Origin: an uncultured Candidatus Saccharibacteria bacterium
GTDB lineage: Bacteria > Patescibacteriota > UBA1384 > CAILIB01
Assembly: GCA_964593885.1 (NCBI GenBank)
Contig: CAZQKK010000002.1
Span: 84,363 to 148,362 of the forward strand
DNA length: 64,000 bases
Reading direction: 5' to 3'
In this document: in pieces, positions 56,545-64,000 of the stretch
Numbering within the stretch: the first letter of the stretch is position 1
How the letters are laid out: the number at the start of each line of letters is the position of its first letter
Notes under the pieces: generated by a model
The model's database searches: none
Seen by the model: the letters and a program-made list of their open reading frames with translations, nothing else
Told to the model about the DNA's origin: nothing
Position numbers and translations under genes: made by a program

Positions 56545-58905
56545 ATGGATACTCTACTCGTAACACTTACTGGACTTGCGAGTATCGGCTTTGTCTACTG
56601 GTTTTTCTTGATGCGCAGAGATACTACAACAACTACACATACTCATGGGGAAACCATCCCACAAGAGGGTAACGTAGCAAGCCTGCAAAAAGAGGTACTA
56701 CTCCTAAACGGAATGCACTGTGCCAGCTGCGTTAGGTTGATTGAAAAGTCACTGAGTAAACTTCCTGGAGTTACCGGGGCGACCGTTAACCTTGCAACTG
56801 AAAAGGCAATGGTGAACTACGACAGTACTACATGTTCAGTGTCAGACATGAAACGCGCCGTAGAAAGCATTGGGTATGGGGTAAGAGAAGAAGCTTCAGA
56901 GGAGAAGGAACAGGCGAAACGTACCGCCGAGCTTTCTGACTTGAGAAGTAAAGTTATTATCAGTGCAATTTCTGGGGCTCTACTACTCTGGGGAACGTTT
57001 CCAGGCCTCATGGAAACTGCACCAGCTTTCTTACGCAACTTTTACATCCAACTTCTCCTAGCTACACCTGTCCAAATCTGGGCGGGCTGGGGATTCTACC
57101 GTAGTGCCTGGATATCACTGAAGCACCGTACCGCCAATATGGACACGCTCATTGGCATTGGCACGACGGTTGCTTATGTTTACTCAGCTACGTTAACGTT
57201 TTTCCCAGGTATCGTTGAAGGCACGGGTATCAGTATGATGCCGTACTTTGATGTTGGGGTGATTGTGATCGCACTCATTTTGCTCGGACAACTCTTTGAA
57301 AAACAGGCACGTAGCCGCACCTCTGACGCAATCAAGAAACTGATTGGATTACAGGCGAAAACAGCGCGTGTGGTACGAGATGGGAGAGAAATCAATTTAC
57401 CAATTGAACAGGTAGTGATTGGTGACATTATCGTTGTACGGCCTGGTGAAAAGATTCCAGTTGATGGAGTTCTCATTGAAGGCTCCTCAAGTATTGATGA
57501 GTCTATGCTCACCGGCGAAAGCCTTCCGGTGGACAAAAAAACCGGAGACGCCGTTGTCGGAGCAACACTGAATAGAACTGGAAGTTTTCAGATGCGAGCT
57601 GAGAAAATTGGTAGCGATACCATGCTCTCGCAAATCATCTCACTGGTTGAAGCAGCACAGGGATCAAAAGCGCCAATCCAGCGCCTTGCAGACACCATTT
57701 CCTCGTACTTCGTCCCAGTAGTTATCATGGTGTCAATTGCTACGTTTGTACTCTGGTTTGACCTTGGACCAAGTCCAGTACTAACTTTTGCAATTCTGAA
57801 CATGATTGCCGTGCTCATCGTTGCCTGTCCCTGTGCAATGGGCTTGGCCACCCCAACAGCAATTATGGTAGGTACCGGAAAGGGAGCAGAGCGGGGAATC
57901 CTGATAAAAAGTGCCGAGGCCCTGGAAATTGCCCACAAAGTTACCACAATCATTTTTGACAAGACGGGCACCCTCACCCATGGTAAGCCAGTGGTCACAG
58001 ATATCCACGTAGAGGATGGTTTTAGCGAAAACGACGTACTAGGCGCAGCAACATCCATTGAGAAAGGCTCTGAACACTCTCTAGCTGAGGCAATCGTAAA
58101 GTATGGTGAGGAGAAGTATGTTGAAGCTAAGAAAGTTGAACACTTTGCCGCAATTCCAGGACACGGCGTTGAGGGGACCATTGATGGGATTCAGGTACTC
58201 CTTGGTAATCGTAAGCTTATGACGAAACGTGATATCCAAGGATTTGATACTGTAGATACCATGGCTCGAGTTGAAAAACTAGAGACTAGTGGAAAGACAG
58301 TTATGTTTGTCAGTATGGGCTCAACGTACGCAGGACTCATCGCCGTGGCAGATACGGTCAAAGAGTCCGCCGCCCTTGCCGTTGAGAAGCTACAGTCCAT
58401 GGGAATTGAAACTTACATGCTTACCGGCGACAACGAGCGCACCGCTAGAGCTATCGCCTCGCAAGTGGGAATCACACACGTCCTAGCTGAAGTACTCCCT
58501 CAGGATAAAGAACGTGAGGTGCGAAAGCTCCAAGCGAAGGGGTGCACGGTGGCAATGGTGGGCGACGGTATTAACGACGCACCCGCCTTAGCAGCAGCCG
58601 ACGTTGGGATTGCGATGGGCACTGGCACTGACGTTGCGATAGAAGCTGCTGACATCACCCTAATCTCAAAGGACATGCAGGCAGTTGCTTCAGCAATTAC
58701 GCTGAGTAAAAAGACAATGAAGACAATTAAAATGAACCTCTTCTGGGCATTTGCCTACAATGTTATTCTCATACCCGTTGCAGCAGGACTACTCTACCCA
58801 TTTCTTGGCCTACTCATGAACCCAATCTACGCCTCGGCAGCCATGGCCCTAAGCTCTCTATCAGTAGTAACCAACTCACTCCTCCTGAAACGTGCTGCGA
58901 TCTAG
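56545..58905 (+). CDS. copA: Copper-translocating P1B-type ATPase.
   Basis: HMA domain [12 protein letters not shown]; TGES; CPC as [11 protein letters not shown]; DKTGTLT; [10 protein letters not shown]. Confidence 0.95.
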   Translation: MDTLLVTLTGLASIGFVYWFFLMRRDTTTTTHTHGETIPQEGNVASLQKEVLLLNGMHCASCVRLIEKSLSKLPGVTGATVNLATEKAMVNYDSTTCSVSDMKRAVESIGYGVREEASEEKEQAKRTAELSDLRSKVIISAISGALLLWGTFPGLMETAPAFLRNFYIQLLLATPVQIWAGWGFYRSAWISLKHRTANMDTLIGIGTTVAYVYSATLTFFPGIVEGTGISMMPYFDVGVIVIALILLGQLFEKQARSRTSDAIKKLIGLQAKTARVVRDGREINLPIEQVVIGDIIVVRPGEKIPVDGVLIEGSSSIDESMLTGESLPVDKKTGDAVVGATLNRTGSFQMRAEKIGSDTMLSQIISLVEAAQGSKAPIQRLADTISSYFVPVVIMVSIATFVLWFDLGPSPVLTFAILNMIAVLIVACPCAMGLATPTAIMVGTGKGAERGILIKSAEALEIAHKVTTIIFDKTGTLTHGKPVVTDIHVEDGFSENDVLGAATSIEKGSEHSLAEAIVKYGEEKYVEAKKVEHFAAIPGHGVEGTIDGIQVLLGNRKLMTKRDIQGFDTVDTMARVEKLETSGKTVMFVSMGSTYAGLIAVADTVKESAALAVEKLQSMGIETYMLTGDNERTARAIASQVGITHVLAEVLPQDKEREVRKLQAKGCTVAMVGDGINDAPALAAADVGIAMGTGTDVAIEAADITLISKDMQAVASAITLSKKTMKTIKMNLFWAFAYNVILIPVAAGLLYPFLGLLMNPIYASAAMALSSLSVVTNSLLLKRAAI

Positions 58906-59597
58906 TTTGATGCCTTACCAAACACTTCCCAGGTTGTGAGGGTTGTGGCGGGCAGCTCGGGAACTTTTTTGAGTAACTCTGCTTTCGTGAGTGCGTTATC
59001 TTCGCTCAGTGAAATAGCCTGCCTGCCGTTTGAGAGCATAGGATCCTTTGGGAAGTACGTAACCCCAGCTGTATACTTTGGTGAACCGTACCTCACGTCT
59101 TGGTCTTCAACCTTTGGCCAGTAGTTTGCGATATCTCCCTCAGCACTCTTCACCCTTACTAGAGCTGTCTCAGGTATTGCTTCGAGGTGGTACGTCACCT
59201 CTCTACCAGCTTGAGAAATCACAACGGTAGGGTACAGCTTACCATCTACCACGAGCGGTTGTGAGAAGGTAAACATCTCCCTGTATGGCATGCCGCTCAC
59301 AGCACCATGCAGATCGAATCGCTTTTTTACAACCTGAACAGGAAGAAGCTCAATAGAGAGGACATCACCCCGCACGGTAACAGTTGCCTTGTCAGCATCT
59401 GGCTGTGCTGCAGGAGGGAAGTATGTAGATTCAAGGAATAGGGTGACTTCCATTGCTGCACTACCTTCACGGTAGACGTGGCGCAGGTCAAATTTTGTTC
59501 TACCCCACTGAACCACTAGCTTTGCAGGCGGCACAAAAGAAATAACGACAAGTATGCCAACAAATAATCCTGCAATAAGTACTAATTTACTGATCAT
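58902..59597 (-). CDS. Hypothetical secreted or membrane-anchored protein.
   Basis: N-terminal signal anchor [21 protein letters not shown]. Convergent with copA, overlapping it by 4 nt. Confidence 0.4.
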   Translation of the reverse strand: MISKLVLIAGLFVGILVVISFVPPAKLVVQWGRTKFDLRHVYREGSAAMEVTLFLESTYFPPAAQPDADKATVTVRGDVLSIELLPVQVVKKRFDLHGAVSGMPYREMFTFSQPLVVDGKLYPTVVISQAGREVTYHLEAIPETALVRVKSAEGDIANYWPKVEDQDVRYGSPKYTAGVTYFPKDPMLSNGRQAISLSEDNALTKAELLKKVPELPATTLTTWEVFGKASN

Positions 59598-59735
59598 TGG
59601 GGTGGTTATTCACTGTTAGTTACAGTATATCCGATATTGTGAGAAGTCTTGCGTTTTAGTGTCAGAATGAACTTCAACTATTTCTTTTGTTAATTTGACA
59701 GGTATACTTGCAGTATCGTAACTATAAATGTACGC

Positions 59736-60377
59736 ATGTCACACAACTTCTACCAGCGGTTTCTTGATGCTTGGCAGTCGCTCGATGCAATCCCAAACAT
59801 TGTTATCGTAAAACGTGAAATACAGCCTGGTGCAAGCGAAGAAGTGATCTCTAAAGCACTACAAGAACATCCGGAGATTAATCTCCCAGGATTAGTTGAT
59901 TTTTACCGCGAAGTTAACGGAGTTCACCTTGAGTGGTACATTCCGGGCGAAAATCCAAATGTCAGAGCATTTGAGGGCATGATCGATATTCAACCAATTG
60001 AAGACTTGGGCTACGGCGGAGAGTATGACAAAGATGAGTATATTTCCGAACTTTTTGGTGTAGAAAATCCTGTAGCATTTGAAAGGTTTGATATTTTTGG
60101 GTACGAAAACGAAACCGCATTTAATATCCGGCAGGGCGATGAGGCGGTAAGTCTGTTCATCCATCCTTCGGGCGATGATACAGTACTGTTGCCAGTGTCA
60201 GTACTCCAGTACGTTGATGCAGCTATTGAATCTAGAGGATACGGCTGGTGGCCATATAATCTACTTTCTACCTCAGAAGATAGCGAAAGCAGAAAAGAGT
60301 TTCTTGATTTTGCAGGAAAGTACTTTCCAGATTTTAACGCAAAATTATTTACTCCTGCGAAGAATCAGGTGAGTTAA
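59736..60377 (+). CDS. Hypothetical protein, possibly SMI1/KNR4 (SUKH)-like; AT-rich gene.
   Basis: W...SEEVISKALQEHPEINLPGLVDFYREVNGVHLEW resembles the SUKH alpha/beta N-terminal region. Local GC is about 38%, against about 52% elsewhere in the window. Confidence 0.3.
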   Translation: MSHNFYQRFLDAWQSLDAIPNIVIVKREIQPGASEEVISKALQEHPEINLPGLVDFYREVNGVHLEWYIPGENPNVRAFEGMIDIQPIEDLGYGGEYDKDEYISELFGVENPVAFERFDIFGYENETAFNIRQGDEAVSLFIHPSGDDTVLLPVSVLQYVDAAIESRGYGWWPYNLLSTSEDSESRKEFLDFAGKYFPDFNAKLFTPAKNQVS

Positions 60378-60511
60378 GATCTCAGAGTAAAGTTCTCAGA
60401 GAATCCTCGTCCTTTCCATACTTGCTTCATCTTCCCTTAAGCTACACTGAATGAAAAACCACCTGCGTACTTGCAAGTGGTTGGTAATTGTTGGAGTAGC
60501 GCTGGAAGGCC

Positions 60512-60778
60512 TTACTCAACGTACTCATCGAAGTTTTCCCGGTTCAGCTCTAGGAACTCGGCAGGAGCATTCTGAATGAAGTAGAGCATCTGCTCAAGAA
60601 CCCAACGCTTCGAACGGTTCTCGCTGTAGCATGGCGCTTCCCACAAAATGGTCTTCCGCCAACTGACCTCTTCCTCCTCAAGTACGGAAATGTCACTCTG
60701 GATAAGAGTCGCAACCTTCTCCCGCTCCTCCACTGTCCATTCAGGACTGACCTGTAGCTTTTCAACCTTAGCCATATC
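60512..60778 (-). CDS. Hypothetical protein. The MAKVEK start was chosen; the track extends upstream to 60871.
   Basis: ORF only; acidic. Confidence 0.3.
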   Translation of the reverse strand, partial: DMAKVEKLQVSPEWTVEEREKVATLIQSDISVLEEEEVSWRKTILWEAPCYSENRSKRWVLEQMLYFIQNAPAEFLELNRENFDEYVE

Positions 60779-60880
60779 GTTGTTTCGAATCCTCGAAGAC
60801 GCGGACACAATACACGTACATGCACAGAAAGTCAATGTGTTTACCCCTCGCGTTGCACCAATGCACACCAATTCGCACGC

Positions 60881-61207
60881 TCACTCGTGATCACGTAGGC
60901 TACGCCATGGCAGGTCATCGTCTGGTGGGAGACCCTTGGACTCGCGGTAGGCGCGGTAGATGAGCTCAGCGAGGAACTCAGTCCCTCCAGGCGCACTCAT
61001 GCGATCATGCAGGTAGCGCATCTTGATGAACGGTTCCATGAGGGAGAGGAAGCGACAGCGGAGTACGAGGAGGTCGCGATCAGCCTTGGGTGCACCCCTC
61101 GGGTACAGGATGGGTGGGTAGGGGTTTGGAGGGAGCTTCACCGCCTTGCCCTCCACCATGAGACAAAAAGCACCCTGCCAGTGGGGTTGCACTCTACGTC
61201 TAGGCAT
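60881..61207 (-). CDS. Hypothetical protein. The MPRRRV start was chosen; the track extends upstream to 61237.
   Basis: ORF only. Confidence 0.3.
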   Translation of the reverse strand: MPRRRVQPHWQGAFCLMVEGKAVKLPPNPYPPILYPRGAPKADRDLLVLRCRFLSLMEPFIKMRYLHDRMSAPGGTEFLAELIYRAYRESKGLPPDDDLPWRSLRDHE

Positions 61208-61253
61208 ACACACCTCCCGTTTGAACTTACCAACCACTAAGTAGCATCACTAT

Positions 61254-61583
61254 ATGCCAACACGTGAGGAACTCAAGGTAGGGCAGGAAGAGCGTATCCG
61301 CTCCTACTACCAAGCTATCTCAGCCAAGGGGAAAGAGGTGATGAGAGAGAAGCGAGCAAGGGGAGAGATCATGCACAAGGCTCCCTTGGGATACAAGAAT
61401 GCCCGTGACGAGCACGGACGGTCTATCCTCATTCCAGATCCTGAGACGTATCCTTTGGTGCAGAAGGCGAAGGAGCTGAGGGCTCAAGGGATGTCGATAC
61501 GGAAGATTTGTGTGGAGATGGAAAGACTTGGATTACGATCTCGGGAAGGCAGAGCTGTCGGCATAGGATCAATGCACAACTAA
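61254..61583 (+). pseudogene. Large serine recombinase fragment: only the 'recombinase' domain survives, with no catalytic resolvase domain.
   Basis: KAPLGYKNARDEHGRSILIPDPETYPLVQKAKELRAQGMSIRKICVEMERLGLRSREGRAVGIGSMHN matches the PfGY...EA.vVr.iF...G.s...ia..LN..G.....G..W....v..iL.N recombinase-domain pattern. The ORF is only 109 aa. Confidence 0.55.
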
Positions 61584-62296
61584 CTGATCTAAGGGGAGAG
61601 TTCCTGATCTAGCGAGCTTTACTCCATCAATAATGAAATCAAGAATACTTGTCATTTCCGCATGAGCCGCAAGCAAGTCGTTAAGTACATCCGTCGATAC
61701 AGACTTAATTTCTCTTAAAGGATTCTTGCCCTGCCTTACAGAAAGGGTAAACGAGCCATCAGCAGACTCCTTAACATCAAAGCCAGGTGAGGCGGAGTGA
61801 ACAAACTCATTTCTCATATTCCTCAATCTGGAAAGTGAAGAGCTCTGGCTGGATAGGCCATCCAGTGCTTTCACAAAGGCTTCGTTCTGGCGAACACGAA
61901 AAGAACCTCGAATAACCTGAATTTTTACATCGCTCTCTTTGAGATGAACGCCAGCAACAGCGTTAATAAGCTTGAGTAATTTATCCGAGAATGTAGCTGT
62001 CCTGAGCAGGGCGTTTTCTAAAGAGCGTCTAAGTTCATCTTCACCATCTTTAATTACGTAAAAACGCTCACTATCATCATAATCGTTTACCCACTCGTTC
62101 CCTTCTCTGCTCTTTAAATCCTTGGCAGTAAAATAGTGCAGCTGATTCCTCTTGAGATCTTTTCAGCCTCAGTCGCAAATTGACGCACATAGTATTCGTA
62201 ATCGTCGCAAGTTTTTTCTACCCCACCTAAGAGTGATGGGTATATAAAGAGAGATAGAAGTTCTTGGACCTTCTTTTGAAGAGTATTATTGTTCAT
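61569..62296 (-). pseudogene. Frameshifted hypothetical gene: a 60-aa ORF (62114..62296) continues in another reading frame as the ORF ending at 61569.
   Basis: Reading the minus strand, the MNNNTLQKK...EAEKISRG frame stops, and a different frame continues ...DLKRNQLHYFTAKDLKSREGNEWVNDYDDSERFYVIKDGE... into the 61569..61874 ORF. The gene is AT-rich. Confidence 0.35.
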
Positions 62297-62309
62297 TACT
62301 TAATAAAAA

Positions 62310-62340
62310 CAGAAACATTGGCAAACTGCCAATGTTTCTG
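62310..62340. terminator. Strong bidirectional intrinsic terminator.
   Basis: Perfect 14-bp inverted repeat cagaaacattggca / tgccaatgtttctg around loop aac, flanked by aaaaa and tttgtt. It lies 16 nt past the tRNA 3' end. Confidence 0.6.
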
Positions 62341-62356
62341 TTTGTTGCGTTCAAGT

Positions 62357-62432
62357 TGGTGGACCTTAGGGGACTCGAACCCCTTACCTCTTCCATGCCA
62401 TGGAAGCGCTCTACCAGATGAGCTAAAGGCCC
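62357..62432 (-). tRNA. tRNA-Ala, anticodon GGC, 76 nt with CCA encoded.
   Basis: Minus strand reads GGGCCTTTAGCTCATCTGGTAGAGCGCTTCCATGGCATGGAAGAGGTAAGGGGTTCGAGTCCCCTAAGGTCCACCA. The cloverleaf folds cleanly, with the G3:U70 Ala identity pair, a T-loop TTCGAGT and an anticodon loop AT-GGC-AT. Confidence 0.9.
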
Positions 62433-62486
62433 TCACGGATTACACAAACTCACAACACACACACGCAAGTGAGGAACGTCAGTACT

Positions 62487-63512
62487 CTACCTAAAATCCA
62501 TGGAATCGTCCAGCCGTAAACCAGGACGCCTATCAACCACCTCCAGACTAACCGGCTCCAAGCCATCGCGCACCAAAAGTTCTGCCGCCAAGCCTATCAT
62601 CGCTCCATTGTCAGTGCAGAGTTCAAGCTTTGGCGGAACCAGGAGAGGGATACCGTACTCTGAGGCCAATTGACGCATCAGCCTCCGTAGCCTGGTGTTT
62701 GCGGCAACTCCTCCTACAAGAGAAACAGCAGCAACCTCACCGTGCTTCTCCAGTGCCATCTTCACCTTCCTGAGCAGCGAAGCCTGAGCGGCCTGCTCAA
62801 AGGCGGCACAGATGTCGCGCACGTCATCTCCTGAGAGTGGTTCCTGCTCCTTAATGAGTAACCTCACCGCATTCTTGAGGCCTGAGTAGCTGAGGTTTGG
62901 CGTATCACCCCGCATCATCGGGATGGGGAGGTGGAAGCGTGAGGTATCACCGGTAGACGCCAGTTTTGAGACAACCTGACCTCCTGGGTAGCCAAGGCCG
63001 AGCATCTTTGCCACCTTGTCGTAGGCTTCACCCAGAGCATCGTCTAGGGTTTCGCCCAGCATGTTCACGTCAGTCATGCTCCTGACTAACGCAATGTCTG
63101 AGTGCCCACCTGAAACAACCACTGCCAGGAGCGGGAATACCGGTTCTCGCCCCACAAAGACGCTGGCAACGTGCCCCAACATGTGGTTGATGGCGTAGAG
63201 AGGAACATCAAACCCCTCGGCAAGCTCCTTCGCCTTGGTGATCCCAACCTGGAGGGCTGGAGCAAGCCCAGGTCCGTAGGTGACGGCAATGGCATCAATA
63301 TCCTCAGGTGAGAGTTTTGAGCGTTTGAGGGCAAGCTGCACCACCGCGTCAATTCGCTCCGTGTGGAGACGCGCTGCCAGCATGGGCACCACACCGCCAT
63401 AGGCCTTATGGTACTTCACCTGGGACGAAATGACGTTTGAGAGAACGCTCAGACCCTCGGTAACCGCTACAGAGGTCTCATCGCAGCTGGTGTCTATCGC
63501 CAGAAACCTCAC
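62487..63512 (-). CDS. tsaD: tRNA N6-adenosine threonylcarbamoyltransferase TsaD (Kae1/Gcp family).
   Basis: MRFLAIDTSCDETSVAV...INHMLGHV...SGGVAAN. Confidence 0.9.
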   Translation of the reverse strand: MRFLAIDTSCDETSVAVTEGLSVLSNVISSQVKYHKAYGGVVPMLAARLHTERIDAVVQLALKRSKLSPEDIDAIAVTYGPGLAPALQVGITKAKELAEGFDVPLYAINHMLGHVASVFVGREPVFPLLAVVVSGGHSDIALVRSMTDVNMLGETLDDALGEAYDKVAKMLGLGYPGGQVVSKLASTGDTSRFHLPIPMMRGDTPNLSYSGLKNAVRLLIKEQEPLSGDDVRDICAAFEQAAQASLLRKVKMALEKHGEVAAVSLVGGVAANTRLRRLMRQLASEYGIPLLVPPKLELCTDNGAMIGLAAELLVRDGLEPVSLEVVDRRPGLRLDDSMDFR

Positions 63513-63994
63513 AGTGAGAGGGTACGAATGGTGCGCTGATCGTGGCTACCAGAGAGGTGAACACGCACAATAACCGCCGTATCGCCGAGCGTCCTGAAGT
63601 AGGGGAGGAGCGGCTCAGGCCACTCTACCGCCGTAACTACGCGTGGCTGAATGCGGGACCGCATGCCAACCTCGTCTGCCGTTACCTGTCCGGCGCGCCA
63701 GAGATCCATATGGACGAAGAGGCCACCGTCAAAACGGTACTCTTTCGCCAAGTTGTAGGTAGGCGAACTTACCACACTGGCGATACCCAGACCCTTGGCA
63801 ATTCCCTTGGCAAATTGGGTTTTCCCGGCTCCCATATCTCCTTCTAGCAGGAAGATGAGCGGTTTCTCAGCCAGGACGTGGTGGTACTGGGCGGCAAGCT
63901 TGCCAGCAAACTGGAGGGTTTCTTCCTCGGATGCACTTGGCACAGGTGGAGCAACCTCAGCTGAAAGCTCACCAGACCTTACAATTTCCTGCAC
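63509..63994 (-). CDS. tsaE: tRNA threonylcarbamoyladenosine biosynthesis ATPase TsaE (YjeE).
   Basis: P-loop LEGDMGAGKTQFAKGIAKGLGI followed by SPTYNLAKEY; overlaps the tsaD start by 4 nt. Confidence 0.8.
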   Translation of the reverse strand: MQEIVRSGELSAEVAPPVPSASEEETLQFAGKLAAQYHHVLAEKPLIFLLEGDMGAGKTQFAKGIAKGLGIASVVSSPTYNLAKEYRFDGGLFVHMDLWRAGQVTADEVGMRSRIQPRVVTAVEWPEPLLPYFRTLGDTAVIVRVHLSGSHDQRTIRTLSL

Positions 63995-64000
63995 CGGGCC

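Larger units (their letters stand above)
59600..62345. mobile_element. Degraded genomic island or integrative-element remnant on the 3' side of tRNA-Ala.
   Basis: AT-rich composition, a serine recombinase fragment, a frameshifted gene, orphan hypothetical genes, and a boundary at the 3' end of a tRNA. Confidence 0.35.

Noticed and set aside
62264-62494. 76-aa + strand ORF overlapping the tRNA-Ala gene.
   Set aside because: It overlaps a well-folded tRNA on the opposite strand, so it is an artefact.

Overview
This window reads as a compact bacterial chromosome region, about 50% GC, densely coding and dominated by core information-processing genes. In order, it holds:

- the tail of an exopolysaccharide-type locus (sugar transferase plus GT4 glycosyltransferase);
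- gyrB-gyrA, infB, a LysM/M23 peptidase and obg;
- rpoB-rpoC, then an interrupted str operon (rpsL, inserted antisense genes, rpsG, a small membrane ORF, fusA, a RadC-like gene, tuf);
- the complete S10-spc-alpha ribosomal protein superoperon, rpsJ to rplQ, with secY, adk, map, infA and rpmJ, followed by rplM-rpsI;
- rbfA-like, pheS-pheT, aspS, an rluB-like gene and a D-Ala-D-Ala carboxypeptidase;
- a minus-strand leuS-rpmF-nusB-rnc operon;
- a regulator/prs region and a copper-homeostasis cluster (csoR, a DsbD-like/cupredoxin fusion, copZ, DUF305, copA);
- an AT-rich degraded island holding a serine-recombinase fragment and a frameshifted gene next to tRNA-Ala(GGC), then tsaD-tsaE.

L30 is absent from between rpsE and rplO, and L29 is absent from between rplP and rpsQ. 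IF-2, AspRS and other proteins are shortened forms. Together these point to a streamlined, Patescibacteria/CPR-like lineage; that is an inference. No rRNA, CRISPR array or intact mobile element was found.

The observations most worth following up are:

- a complete Nudix-hydrolase-like domain inserted inside LeuRS;
- a roughly 1.2 kb antisense insertion splitting rpsL from rpsG, encoding a heptad-repeat coiled-coil protein and a Cys-rich membrane protein;
- a RadC/JAB gene that sits as its own transcription unit between fusA and tuf;
- a DsbD-like permease fused to a cupredoxin domain within the copper cluster;
- an OmpR-type regulator lacking the phospho-acceptor residues;
- the tRNA-linked island remnant.

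Coordinates of small features were counted by hand and may be off by a few nucleotides.
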